A stretch of 64,000 nucleotides of DNA from an uncultured Muribaculaceae bacterium (lineage in GTDB: Bacteria > Bacteroidota > Bacteroidia > Bacteroidales > Muribaculaceae), in NCBI GenBank assembly GCA_947174275.1, contig CAMWIJ010000004.1, forward strand, positions 2,512 to 66,511, in the 5' to 3' direction. Below are positions 37,408-46,761 of the stretch, in pieces. The notes under the pieces are model-generated. The model saw only the letters and a program-made list of their open reading frames with translations. It searched no databases and had not been told where the DNA came from. Position 1 is the first letter of the stretch; each line of letters begins with the position of its first letter. A program made the position numbers and the translations under genes.

Positions 37408-40400
37408 ATGAAGAAAAAATCTTTCAGACAGTTGCTATGTCTATTGGCGGCTGTCATTTCCTTGCAGCTCTCAGCCTCATCACATGTTGCAGCAAGGATT
37501 GGCGACGGCGCCGCGCCATCGGCACTTGCTCCGATGAGCGCAACTCCGGTTGACACACGTTTCGCTATGCCGGAGACCTTCAAAGGCCACAGTGACATCC
37601 GCACGTCATTCTCCAATTTCTCAATGCCGGCAGACGCATCCCGGAAAACCATGTTTAAAGTTCCGGGCAGCAACATCAACATTCTGGGCTCCGTAGTCTA
37701 CTCTGCCAGTCAGCCCAACGGATTCTACCGCATCCCTATCAATGCAGGCTCCGGACTCGAAGCCATATATACTGAGACCAACAAAGTGCCCGACACAAAC
37801 TTTGGTGCCGTAGCTATCGATGGCGTCTATTACGTGGCATGGCAATATAACTTCTTTGACATGATGCTCATAAACTATGTCGACAGCTATGATATGAACA
37901 CATGGGAAAAGCTCTCACACAACGAAATCAAAAACTCGGCAATGTTTGCCTCTGATGTTTCGCTCGACCCTGTAAGCGGACTGGTCTATGGTTGTTATAT
38001 CAACAACGATGGCGACGGATATGTATTCGGCATTGGTGACTATGTAAACCTGTCACGTGCGGCCATAGCGCCTATAACTACGCCCTGGAACGGCGTTGCC
38101 TTCGACTCCGACGGCACCCTCTATGCCATCGATATGAACGGCAACCTGCTCATTGTCGACAAAGGCACAGGTTCGACAACCAAAGTCGGAAGTACAGGCG
38201 TGACGCCCAAATATCAGAGTTCGGCCGTAATCGACCCAAAATCACACCGCATGTTCTGGACAGTATTCGGCGAAGACCAGACCGGACGCTTCTATGAGGT
38301 TGACAAATCTACCGGCGCCGCCACAATGCTCTATCAGTTTCCAGGCAATGAAGAAGTTTGCGGACTTGTAGTCATCGCCCCAGATGCAGAAGATTATGCT
38401 CCGGCCGCAGTCACAGACCTATGCATCAATTTTCACGACGGTTCTCTCAGCGGGACAGTCGACTTCACTGCTCCCGACACCTACTTCTGCGGCGACGCAG
38501 CTATCGGCAATATAAGCTATAGCGTACTTGCCAACGGAACAGAAGTCGCCACAGACACCACCGCGTTCGGCTCCACAGTCAAAGCTCCGGTCACACTCAC
38601 CGAAGCCGGCGATTATGAATTTGCAGTCAGCGTCTCCACCGCCGAAGGCTCGAGCCCGCTTGTAAAGAAATCGGCCTTCATCGGAGCCGACACCCCTGTA
38701 GCAACCAAGGCAACCCTCACCCGCGATGGCGAAAACCTCGTGCTCACATGGATGCCTGTCACAGAGAGTGTCAACGGCGGATATATCGACGTCGACAACA
38801 TAACCTATACCGTGACCCGCTATCCCGACGCTATCGTAGTGGCCGAAAACCTTTCAGCCACAAAATTCATCGAACCCATCCCCGCCGGAGATGGCCTCAT
38901 AAGCTACTACTACACTGTCGTTGCCCACGCAGGCAATCTAACTTCGGGGACAGCCACATCCAACTCAATCACCACCGGCTCTGTAACTCCGCCCTACACT
39001 TCCGAATTCAAAAAAGCGATAGGGCTCGACGGATTCACTATACTCAATGTCAACAACGACGATAAAGTGTGGACGCTCAAAAACTCTGCCGCCTATCTGC
39101 GCTACAGCAGCTATCTTGACTCCGATGACTGGCTGATAACACCGCCCATGCGCCTGCAAAAGGGCAAGACCTACAGACTCGGCTACATCATCTACACAGA
39201 GAGTGGAAGCTACAAAGAAAAGATCGAAGTCAAATGGGGAGCCGCCCCCACTGTAGACGGAATGACCGAAACCATCCTCGAGCCTTATGAATTCTCCAGT
39301 CTGAGTGACGTGCCATTCGAGTCATACATCACACCGGATGCCGACGGCGTCTACTACGTCGGATTCCACGGCATGAGCGCCAAATACATGTATGGGCTCT
39401 TCATCAAGGAAATATCCATATCCGAAGGCACCGACCTACAGTCGCCCGCAGCGGCAACTGACATAACCGCCGTGCCTGACTACAACGGCGCAAACAAAGC
39501 TACAATCAAATTCAACGCCCCGGCCCTCAACGTCAAGGGCGACAAGCTCGATGCCATTACTAAAATAGAACTCCGGCGCAACGGCGACTTGATCAACACA
39601 TTCAACAATCCCGCACCCGGCGAAGCCCTGTCATATCTTGACGAAGTGGAGGAAGCCGGCAACTACACCTACAGCGTGATAGCCTACAACAATGCAGGCG
39701 CAGGCAAGGAGGCATCGTTCACCACATTCATCGGTATCAATCTGCCCGGCACGGTCAACAACCTCGTTGCCTCGGAGACGGCAAATCCGGGTGAAGTGAC
39801 ATTCAGCTGGGACGCAGCCACAACCGACGCCGACGGCAATCCTATGAATCCAGACCTCATCAACTACAGCATATTTGAGTTCACCACAAGTTCGAAATAC
39901 ATACCCGTAGTCGAGAACCTTAATGCCACATCCTATACTTTCCGGGCAGTACCTGCCGATGGCGAGCAGCAGATGAAGCAATGGGTCGTATGTGCCGGCA
40001 CAGCAAGCGGACTCGGAGCACCGGTTGCTACCGATCTCATCTGCGTAGGACCCAATTACAAGATGCCGTATATCGAGTCAATAGCAGGAGGCAAATTGTC
40101 GTCTAACTTCTCGATGGATCAGTCTAACGGCGGCGTATGGCGACTCTACAACTCGCAGACTCTGTCCGAACCGGTTTCTGTCGACGGCGACGACGGTCTC
40201 TTCGGCATGAAGGGCAACGGCCCCGGCACCTTCGGTTCCATCATCTCAGGCAAGATTGAAATTTCGGGCGACAAGCCGGGGCTCATGTTCTACACCTTCA
40301 ACATCAATGGCAATGACCCGGCAACCGGCAGCGTTGTTCCCGACGAAAACATACTCAATGTCTACGTTCGCAGCGGAAATATCGAAACACGTGTATTGAA

Positions 40401-41835
40401 CATCGAGATGAAATCACTCCATGAAGCCGGCTGGAACTGCGTCACCGTTCCTCTCGACGCCTACATCGGCAAAGTAATCTACCTCCGTTTCGAGGGAATA
40501 TGCGTCAACTACACCTATACCTTGGTCGACAATATACGCGTAGTCACATTGACTGACAACGACATTGCCGTAGCATCGGTTGAAGCACCCGCCAACGTCA
40601 AAGCCGGTGACGAATTCAATGTGAATGTCAAACTCGACAACCTCGGAACGAATATCGCCGACAGCTATACAGTCAGCCTCTACCGCGACGGAGAGAAAGT
40701 GGCCGAAAGCAAAGGCAGCGCCCTGCAGCCCGGGCTCAACACCACGGTAAGTTTCAGGCAGACAATCAAAGTCATCGAGAATGAAACCGCTGAATATAGC
40801 GCTGAAGCAAGCCTTGACGGCGACTCCAATCCAAGTAACAATAAATCCGACTCTCCGGCTGTAGTCATCGCCGAATTCCCGACATATCCCACTCCCGCCG
40901 GACTTATCGCCAGTCATGCCGATAGCCGCGTATTACTCTCATGGGACGCACCCGTAATCGACACTACTGCGCCCGATGCCGTGACCGAGACTTTCGAATC
41001 GGCCGAACCATTCGCCACCACTGTTGCCGGCTGGACATTCCTTGACCTCGACGAAAAAGCCATTGGCGGCCTTAGCGGCATCAAGTTCCCAGGAATTGCC
41101 ACTTATTCAAAGCAGTCATTCTTCGTGCTTGACAACAGCGACGCGCAATTCAACGCCACGTTCGAAACCCGTTCGGGCAACAAGTGCATAGTGGCCATGT
41201 TCGATTCTTACTTCGGAGAGATCAATGACTGGGCCATTTCGCCCGAACTCTGTGGCAAGGCTCAGACGATATCGGTCTACGCCCGCAGCTACGACAGCCG
41301 TTACAAAGAGTCCATCGAACTGCTCTACTCTACCGGAAGTCTTGACCCGGCCGACTTCATATCGACAGGCAAACACGAACAGATATCTGACGAGTGGACC
41401 GAATATACTGCCGAACTCCCCGAGGGAGCACGCTACTTCGCCATTCGCTCATGCGCTGTCGGAGCGTCCATGCTGATGGTTGATGATGTCACCTACATAC
41501 CGGCATCTGCCAACACACGACTCGAGCACATCGGCTACAACGTGTATCGCAACGGCGAGAAACTCAACGACACACCCGTTACAGATACCACTATCACCGA
41601 CACCCTCGCCCAACCCGGGTTCCACACCTATGCTGTAACCGCCCTTTACAACGTCGGTGAGTCACGCCCGGCCAAAGCCGACATAAATGTCATGTCAGGT
41701 ATAGATGGAATTACTGCCGATGACAATGCACCCGCAGAATATTTCAATCTGCAAGGCATCCGCGTCGACTCCCCCCGGACAGGTAACATCTATATACGCC
41801 GTCAGGGTTCAAAAGCCGCTAAGGTAATATTCTGA
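37408..41835 (+). CDS. Large T9SS-secreted adhesin-like protein (beta-propeller, FN3-like and cleaved-adhesin / choice-of-anchor J domains)
   Basis: Signal peptide; DDWLITPP, NDWAISPEL, LPEGARYFAIR..., DDVTY and GYNVYRNG motifs; C-terminal SGIDGI...EYFNLQGIRV...IYIRRQG...KVIF sorting domain. Confidence 0.85.
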   Translation: MKKKSFRQLLCLLAAVISLQLSASSHVAARIGDGAAPSALAPMSATPVDTRFAMPETFKGHSDIRTSFSNFSMPADASRKTMFKVPGSNINILGSVVYSASQPNGFYRIPINAGSGLEAIYTETNKVPDTNFGAVAIDGVYYVAWQYNFFDMMLINYVDSYDMNTWEKLSHNEIKNSAMFASDVSLDPVSGLVYGCYINNDGDGYVFGIGDYVNLSRAAIAPITTPWNGVAFDSDGTLYAIDMNGNLLIVDKGTGSTTKVGSTGVTPKYQSSAVIDPKSHRMFWTVFGEDQTGRFYEVDKSTGAATMLYQFPGNEEVCGLVVIAPDAEDYAPAAVTDLCINFHDGSLSGTVDFTAPDTYFCGDAAIGNISYSVLANGTEVATDTTAFGSTVKAPVTLTEAGDYEFAVSVSTAEGSSPLVKKSAFIGADTPVATKATLTRDGENLVLTWMPVTESVNGGYIDVDNITYTVTRYPDAIVVAENLSATKFIEPIPAGDGLISYYYTVVAHAGNLTSGTATSNSITTGSVTPPYTSEFKKAIGLDGFTILNVNNDDKVWTLKNSAAYLRYSSYLDSDDWLITPPMRLQKGKTYRLGYIIYTESGSYKEKIEVKWGAAPTVDGMTETILEPYEFSSLSDVPFESYITPDADGVYYVGFHGMSAKYMYGLFIKEISISEGTDLQSPAAATDITAVPDYNGANKATIKFNAPALNVKGDKLDAITKIELRRNGDLINTFNNPAPGEALSYLDEVEEAGNYTYSVIAYNNAGAGKEASFTTFIGINLPGTVNNLVASETANPGEVTFSWDAATTDADGNPMNPDLINYSIFEFTTSSKYIPVVENLNATSYTFRAVPADGEQQMKQWVVCAGTASGLGAPVATDLICVGPNYKMPYIESIAGGKLSSNFSMDQSNGGVWRLYNSQTLSEPVSVDGDDGLFGMKGNGPGTFGSIISGKIEISGDKPGLMFYTFNINGNDPATGSVVPDENILNVYVRSGNIETRVLNIEMKSLHEAGWNCVTVPLDAYIGKVIYLRFEGICVNYTYTLVDNIRVVTLTDNDIAVASVEAPANVKAGDEFNVNVKLDNLGTNIADSYTVSLYRDGEKVAESKGSALQPGLNTTVSFRQTIKVIENETAEYSAEASLDGDSNPSNNKSDSPAVVIAEFPTYPTPAGLIASHADSRVLLSWDAPVIDTTAPDAVTETFESAEPFATTVAGWTFLDLDEKAIGGLSGIKFPGIATYSKQSFFVLDNSDAQFNATFETRSGNKCIVAMFDSYFGEINDWAISPELCGKAQTISVYARSYDSRYKESIELLYSTGSLDPADFISTGKHEQISDEWTEYTAELPEGARYFAIRSCAVGASMLMVDDVTYIPASANTRLEHIGYNVYRNGEKLNDTPVTDTTITDTLAQPGFHTYAVTALYNVGESRPAKADINVMSGIDGITADDNAPAEYFNLQGIRVDSPRTGNIYIRRQGSKAAKVIF

Positions 41836-41855
41836 CATTTATAATAAACCATAAC

Positions 41856-41899
41856 ATGTAGGCAGATGCCGGCAACGGCATCTGCCTACATCGCTTTTT
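41856..41899 (+). terminator. Intrinsic terminator
   Basis: 16-bp perfect stem atgtaggcagatgccg / cggcatctgcctacat with a GCAA tetraloop, then cgcttttt. Confidence 0.85.
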
Positions 41900-42126
41900 C
41901 ATGATAATTTCATCTGCCTGTATATAATGATATGGCAGTCGGAGGCTTATAAACCGAGTAATGCGTTGTCAAAATGCCGACTTACTGCCGACTTACGCAT
42001 CAATTTTAAACAATGTTGGGAATTTAGTTTTCATATATTCGGAAAAATGCTTAACTTTGCATGGTTTTCACGATGGAAATCTTGTCAACCGCCACATAGT
42101 TTTAATAATAATTTTCCATAATTCCT

Positions 42127-43197
42127 ATGCGCGAAACAAGACGAGCCACCCTTATACTTGAGGATGGCACCACGTTTGAGGGAAAATCTTTCGGATATGA
42201 AGCATCTACTTCCGGCGAAGTGGTATTCAACACGGCAATGACCGGATATCCCGAAAGTTTGACCGACCCTTCCTATGAAGGTCAGATTCTTGTCACCACC
42301 TACCCTATCCTCGGCAACTACGGCGTGCCACCGCGCCGCGAGAAAGATGACGTCAGCGAATTTTACGAAAGCGACCATATCCACGCCAAGGCAATCATAG
42401 CCCAGGACTACTCATGGGAGCACTCCCACTGGCAGGCCGACCGCTCACTGTCGCAATGGCTCTGCGAGGAAAAAATCCCCGGCATCTACGGCATCGACAC
42501 CCGCGCCCTCACCAAGCACCTGCGCGAAAAAGGCTCAATGCTTGGAAAAATCATCATTGAAGGCTGTGAGGATGTCGATTTTTATAATCCCAACCTTGAA
42601 AACCTCGTAGGCAAAACAAGCTGCAAAGAGGTGGAAATCCACGGCGACGGCGAAAAGACTGTCGTACTCGTCGACTGCGGCACAAAGCACAACATCATAC
42701 GCTGCCTCACACGTCGCGGAGTCAAAGTGGTGCGCGTGCCCTGGGACTACGACTTCACACAGATACCCTACGACGGACTTTTCATATCCAACGGCCCCGG
42801 AAACCCCGACATGGCCGAAGCCACAGTGGCTAATATACGCAAGGCTTTCGAAATCGGCAAACCGATTTGCGGCATCTGCATGGGCAACCAGCTTCTGGCC
42901 AAAGCCGCCGGAGCCAAGACCTACAAACTCAAATACGGACACCGCTCACACAACCAGCCGGTGCGCCGCGTAGGCACCGAAACCTGCTACGTCACATCGC
43001 AGAACCACGGATATGCCGTCGACAGCTCAACTCTCGACAAAGACTGGGAACCGCTCTTCATCAACATGAACGACGGCACCAACGAGGGCATCCGTCACAA
43101 GACAAAGCCTTATTTCTCGGCACAATTTCACCCCGAGGCATCATCAGGGCCCAAAGACACCGAGTTTCTTTTCGACGAATTCATCGCACTGCTTTGA
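42127..43197 (+). CDS. carA: Carbamoyl-phosphate synthase small subunit
   Basis: GEVVFNTAMTGYPESLTDPSY, SNGPGNP, GICMGNQ, TSQNHG and QFHPEA. Confidence 0.97.
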   Translation: MRETRRATLILEDGTTFEGKSFGYEASTSGEVVFNTAMTGYPESLTDPSYEGQILVTTYPILGNYGVPPRREKDDVSEFYESDHIHAKAIIAQDYSWEHSHWQADRSLSQWLCEEKIPGIYGIDTRALTKHLREKGSMLGKIIIEGCEDVDFYNPNLENLVGKTSCKEVEIHGDGEKTVVLVDCGTKHNIIRCLTRRGVKVVRVPWDYDFTQIPYDGLFISNGPGNPDMAEATVANIRKAFEIGKPICGICMGNQLLAKAAGAKTYKLKYGHRSHNQPVRRVGTETCYVTSQNHGYAVDSSTLDKDWEPLFINMNDGTNEGIRHKTKPYFSAQFHPEASSGPKDTEFLFDEFIALL

Positions 43198-43312
43198 ATT
43201 TGCCGCTCACCCGGTGCAGCGCCACTGCCCCACCGGCCGACGGCGCAGAGATAACACAACTGCAATTCTGCAACAAATATAAACCGCGGCATAGCCGCCA
43301 CAACAACTCATA

Positions 43313-46300
43313 ATGAGCGATAAGACCATAAAAAAAGTACTTTTGCTTGGTAGCGGTGCTCTCAAGATAGGCGAGGCCGGAGAATTCGACTACTCAGGCT
43401 CGCAGGCACTCAAAGCAATGAAAGAGGAGGGAATTGAGACTATCCTTATCAATCCCAATATTGCAACAGTACAAACGTCTGACGGTTTTGCCGACCACAT
43501 TTACTTCCTCCCGGTGACTCCGTTCTTTGTCGAAAAAGTCATCGAGAAAGAGCGTCCCGACGGCATTTTGCTCGCATTCGGAGGACAGACAGCCCTCAAC
43601 TGCGGCGTGGCTCTCTACGAGTCGGGAGTGCTTGAGAAATACAACGTACGCGTGCTCGGCACACCCGTGCGGGCAATCATGGACACTGAAGACCGCGAAC
43701 TTTTCGTGCGCAAACTCGACGAAATCGGCGTAAAGACCATAAAAAGCGAAGCCGTTTCATCGGTCGACGACGCCCTGCAGGCCGCAAAAACCCTCGGCTA
43801 CCCCGTGATCGTGCGCGCCGCCTACGCTCTCGGCGGACTCGGATCCGGTTTCTGCGACAACGAGGAAGAACTCGTAGCCCTCACCGAGAAAGCGCTGTCA
43901 TTCTCTCCCCAGGTTCTCGTCGAGAAATCGCTCAAAGGCTGGAAAGAAGTCGAATATGAAGTCGTCCGTGACCGCTTCGACAACTGTATCACCGTATGTA
44001 ACATGGAGAACTTCGACCCGCTCGGCATACACACCGGCGAAAGTATCGTAGTCGCTCCCTCACAGACTCTCTCAAACGAAGATTACCACTACCTGCGTAA
44101 ACTCGCTATAAAAATCATACGCCACGTAGGCATCGTAGGCGAATGCAACGTGCAGTATGCATTCGACCCCAAGTCGATGGACTACCGTGTCATTGAGGTA
44201 AACGCCCGTCTGAGCCGCTCTTCCGCCCTCGCGTCTAAAGCAACAGGCTATCCCCTGGCTTTCGTAGCGGCGAAACTCGGTCTCGGTTACGGTCTTTTCG
44301 ATCTCAAGAACTCTGTCACAAAAGAGACATCAGCATTCTTCGAGCCTGCCCTCGACTATATCGTAGTGAAAATACCCCGCTGGGACCTCGGAAAATTCCA
44401 CGGCGTCCGCAAGGAAATCGGATCTTCGATGAAATCAGTGGGTGAAGTAATGGCTATCGGACGCACTTTCGAGGAAGCAATACAGAAAGGACTCCGCATG
44501 ATCGGTCAGGGTATGCACGGCTTCGTCGGCAACCGCGAAATCAAAATCAACGACATCGACCACGCCCTCGCCGAACCTACCGACAAACGCATCTTCGTCA
44601 TTGCCAAAGCAATGAAATCAGGCTACACGGTCGATAAAATACACGAACTCACCAAGATTGACAAATGGTTCCTCTACAAGCTCCAGCATCTGATCGACAC
44701 AGAAGCCGAACTTGAGTCATTCGACGAGATAGAGAAACTCCCCGCGCCGCTCCTGCGCCTGGCGAAAGAACAGGGATTCAGTGACTTCCAGATAGCACGC
44801 GCAGTCCTCGACAACTTCGGAGGCTCGGCCGAAAACGCCAACCGACGCGTGCGCGCCTACCGCAAGAGCCTCGGCATCGTTCCTGTTGTAAAACAGATCG
44901 ACACACTTGCCGCCGAATATCCCGCACAGACCAACTACCTCTACCTGACTTACAACGGTTCGGAAAACGATGTCAACTACCTCCACGACCACCGCTCCAT
45001 CGTGGTGCTCGGCTCGGGCGCATATCGCATCGGCAGCTCCGTGGAGTTCGACTGGTGTTCGGTCAACGCGCTCATGACAGTCAAGAAAGAAGGCTGGCGC
45101 TCGGTAATGATCAACTACAACCCCGAAACCGTATCGACCGACTACGACATGTGCGACCGTCTCTACTTCGACGAACTCACATTCGAGCGCGTCATGGACA
45201 TTCTTGACCTCGAGCAGCCCCACGGCGCAATCCTGTCGGTAGGCGGACAGATACCCAACAACCTTGCCACACGTCTTGACGATGAAGGTGTAAACATACT
45301 CGGCACCACCGCACGGAGCATTGACAACGCCGAAGACCGTCACAAATTCTCGGCAATGCTCGACAACCTCGGCATCGACCAGCCCCGCTGGCGAGAGCTT
45401 ACAAGTTTCGATGACATCCGTGAGTTTATCGACGAAGTAGGCTTCCCCGTGCTCGTGCGCCCCAGCTACGTGCTTTCAGGTGCAGCCATGAATGTCTGCT
45501 CCAACGACGACGAACTCGAGCGCTTCCTGCGTCTTGCAGCCAACGTCTCGAAGCAACATCCCGTCGTTGTCACCGAATTCATCCAGAACGCAAAAGAAAT
45601 CGAGATGGACGCCGTAGCGGCCAACGGCGAGATAAAAGCCTACGCTATATCCGAGCATATCGAATTTGCCGGCGTGCACTCGGGCGACGCCACCATACAG
45701 TTCCCGCCGCAGAAACTCTACGTCGAGACAATGCGCCGCATCAAGAAAATCTCGGCACAGATAGCCAAAGCGCTCAACATCACAGGTCCGTTCAACATCC
45801 AGTATCTTGCCAAAAACAACGACATCAAGGTCATCGAATGCAACCTGCGCGCATCTCGAAGCTTCCCATTCGTGTCGAAGGTGCTCAAAATCAACTTCAT
45901 CGACCTCGCCACCAAAGCCATGCTCGGACTTGAGGTTGAGAAACCCGCAAAAAATGCATTCGACCTCGACTACGTAGGCATAAAGGCATCGCAGTTCTCA
46001 TTCTCGCGTCTGCAGGGAGCCGACCCGGTGCTCGGAGTCGACATGTCGTCAACAGGCGAAGTCGGCTGTATCGGCGTCGACACCTCCGAAGCCGTCATGA
46101 AATCGATGCTCTCGGTCGGCTATCGCGTGCCCAAGAAAGGAATACTCCTCTCGACAGGCTCCGCACGCCAGAAAATCGACATGCTTGACGCTGCGCATCA
46201 GCTTCACAACAAGGGCTACGTGCTCTACGCCACAGGAGGCACCCACCAGTTCCTCGCCGACAACGGCATCCCCGCAATCCGCGTCTACTGGCCCTCACAG

Positions 46301-46537
46301 CCCGAGATGCAGCCGCAGGCATTGCAGCTCCTCCACGACAAAGAAATCGACCTCGTTGTCAACATTCCCAAAAACCTGTCGACAACCGAGCTCAGCAACG
46401 GTTACAAGATACGCCGCGCAGCCATCGACCTCAACATCCCGCTGCTGACCAACGCACGTCTTGCATCAGCCTTTGTACGCGCGTTCACAACTCTCTCGCT
46501 CAACGACATAGAAATCAAACCCTGGGACGAATACTAA
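43313..46537 (+). CDS. carB: Carbamoyl-phosphate synthase large subunit
   Basis: LGSGALKIGEAGEFDYSGSQA, two ATP-grasp domains, NYNPETVSTDYD and MGS domain. Confidence 0.98.
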   Translation: MSDKTIKKVLLLGSGALKIGEAGEFDYSGSQALKAMKEEGIETILINPNIATVQTSDGFADHIYFLPVTPFFVEKVIEKERPDGILLAFGGQTALNCGVALYESGVLEKYNVRVLGTPVRAIMDTEDRELFVRKLDEIGVKTIKSEAVSSVDDALQAAKTLGYPVIVRAAYALGGLGSGFCDNEEELVALTEKALSFSPQVLVEKSLKGWKEVEYEVVRDRFDNCITVCNMENFDPLGIHTGESIVVAPSQTLSNEDYHYLRKLAIKIIRHVGIVGECNVQYAFDPKSMDYRVIEVNARLSRSSALASKATGYPLAFVAAKLGLGYGLFDLKNSVTKETSAFFEPALDYIVVKIPRWDLGKFHGVRKEIGSSMKSVGEVMAIGRTFEEAIQKGLRMIGQGMHGFVGNREIKINDIDHALAEPTDKRIFVIAKAMKSGYTVDKIHELTKIDKWFLYKLQHLIDTEAELESFDEIEKLPAPLLRLAKEQGFSDFQIARAVLDNFGGSAENANRRVRAYRKSLGIVPVVKQIDTLAAEYPAQTNYLYLTYNGSENDVNYLHDHRSIVVLGSGAYRIGSSVEFDWCSVNALMTVKKEGWRSVMINYNPETVSTDYDMCDRLYFDELTFERVMDILDLEQPHGAILSVGGQIPNNLATRLDDEGVNILGTTARSIDNAEDRHKFSAMLDNLGIDQPRWRELTSFDDIREFIDEVGFPVLVRPSYVLSGAAMNVCSNDDELERFLRLAANVSKQHPVVVTEFIQNAKEIEMDAVAANGEIKAYAISEHIEFAGVHSGDATIQFPPQKLYVETMRRIKKISAQIAKALNITGPFNIQYLAKNNDIKVIECNLRASRSFPFVSKVLKINFIDLATKAMLGLEVEKPAKNAFDLDYVGIKASQFSFSRLQGADPVLGVDMSSTGEVGCIGVDTSEAVMKSMLSVGYRVPKKGILLSTGSARQKIDMLDAAHQLHNKGYVLYATGGTHQFLADNGIPAIRVYWPSQPEMQPQALQLLHDKEIDLVVNIPKNLSTTELSNGYKIRRAAIDLNIPLLTNARLASAFVRAFTTLSLNDIEIKPWDEY

Positions 46538-46570
46538 ATCGCATTTCTGACCCACAGGATACCAACTACT

Positions 46571-46619
46571 GACGGAGGTGCTTCATAAAAAAAATGAAGC
46601 ACCTCCGTCGCTTATTTTA
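46571..46619 (+). terminator. carAB intrinsic terminator
   Basis: 16-bp perfect stem gacggaggtgcttcat / atgaagcacctccgtc with an A7 loop and T-rich tail. Confidence 0.85.
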
Positions 46620-46632
46620 TCCCAGAAAACAT

Positions 46633-46721
46633 AAACATTTCCCGATTTGGTGCATTTTAGCCCAAAAACATTTCTCGATTTGGTGCAAAAACAGCCGAAA
46701 ACATTTTGCCGTTTCGTACAT
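46633..46721 (+). repeat. Upstream 33-bp-period repeat array (two full units plus one partial)
   Basis: Units start at 46633 (aaacatttcccgatttggtgcattttagcccaa), 46666 (aaacatttctcgatttggtgcaaaaacagccga) and 46699 (aaacattttgccgtttcgtacat). Confidence 0.9.
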
Positions 46722-46735
46722 TTCGCCTATTTTTG
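46705..46735 (+). promoter_or_regulatory. Promoter of the AAA/DUF4143 gene, overlapping repeat unit 3
   Basis: -33 TTTG at 46705-46708, 19-bp spacer, -7 TATTTTTG at 46728-46735, 26 bp before the ATG. Confidence 0.7.
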
Positions 46736-46761
46736 TGCTTTAGCTTAATAACCTCTTCGTC

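Noticed and set aside
43200-43250. GC-rich stem between carA and carB (similar stems at 19563-19606 and about 56285-56320)
   Set aside because: Irregular intergenic hairpins with no U tract or recognisable riboswitch motif; too weak to call.
46633-46721. 33-bp-period array as a CRISPR or TIGR-like guide array
   Set aside because: The units are contiguous degenerate tandem repeats without unique spacers, there are only three, and no cas or Nop-domain gene is present.
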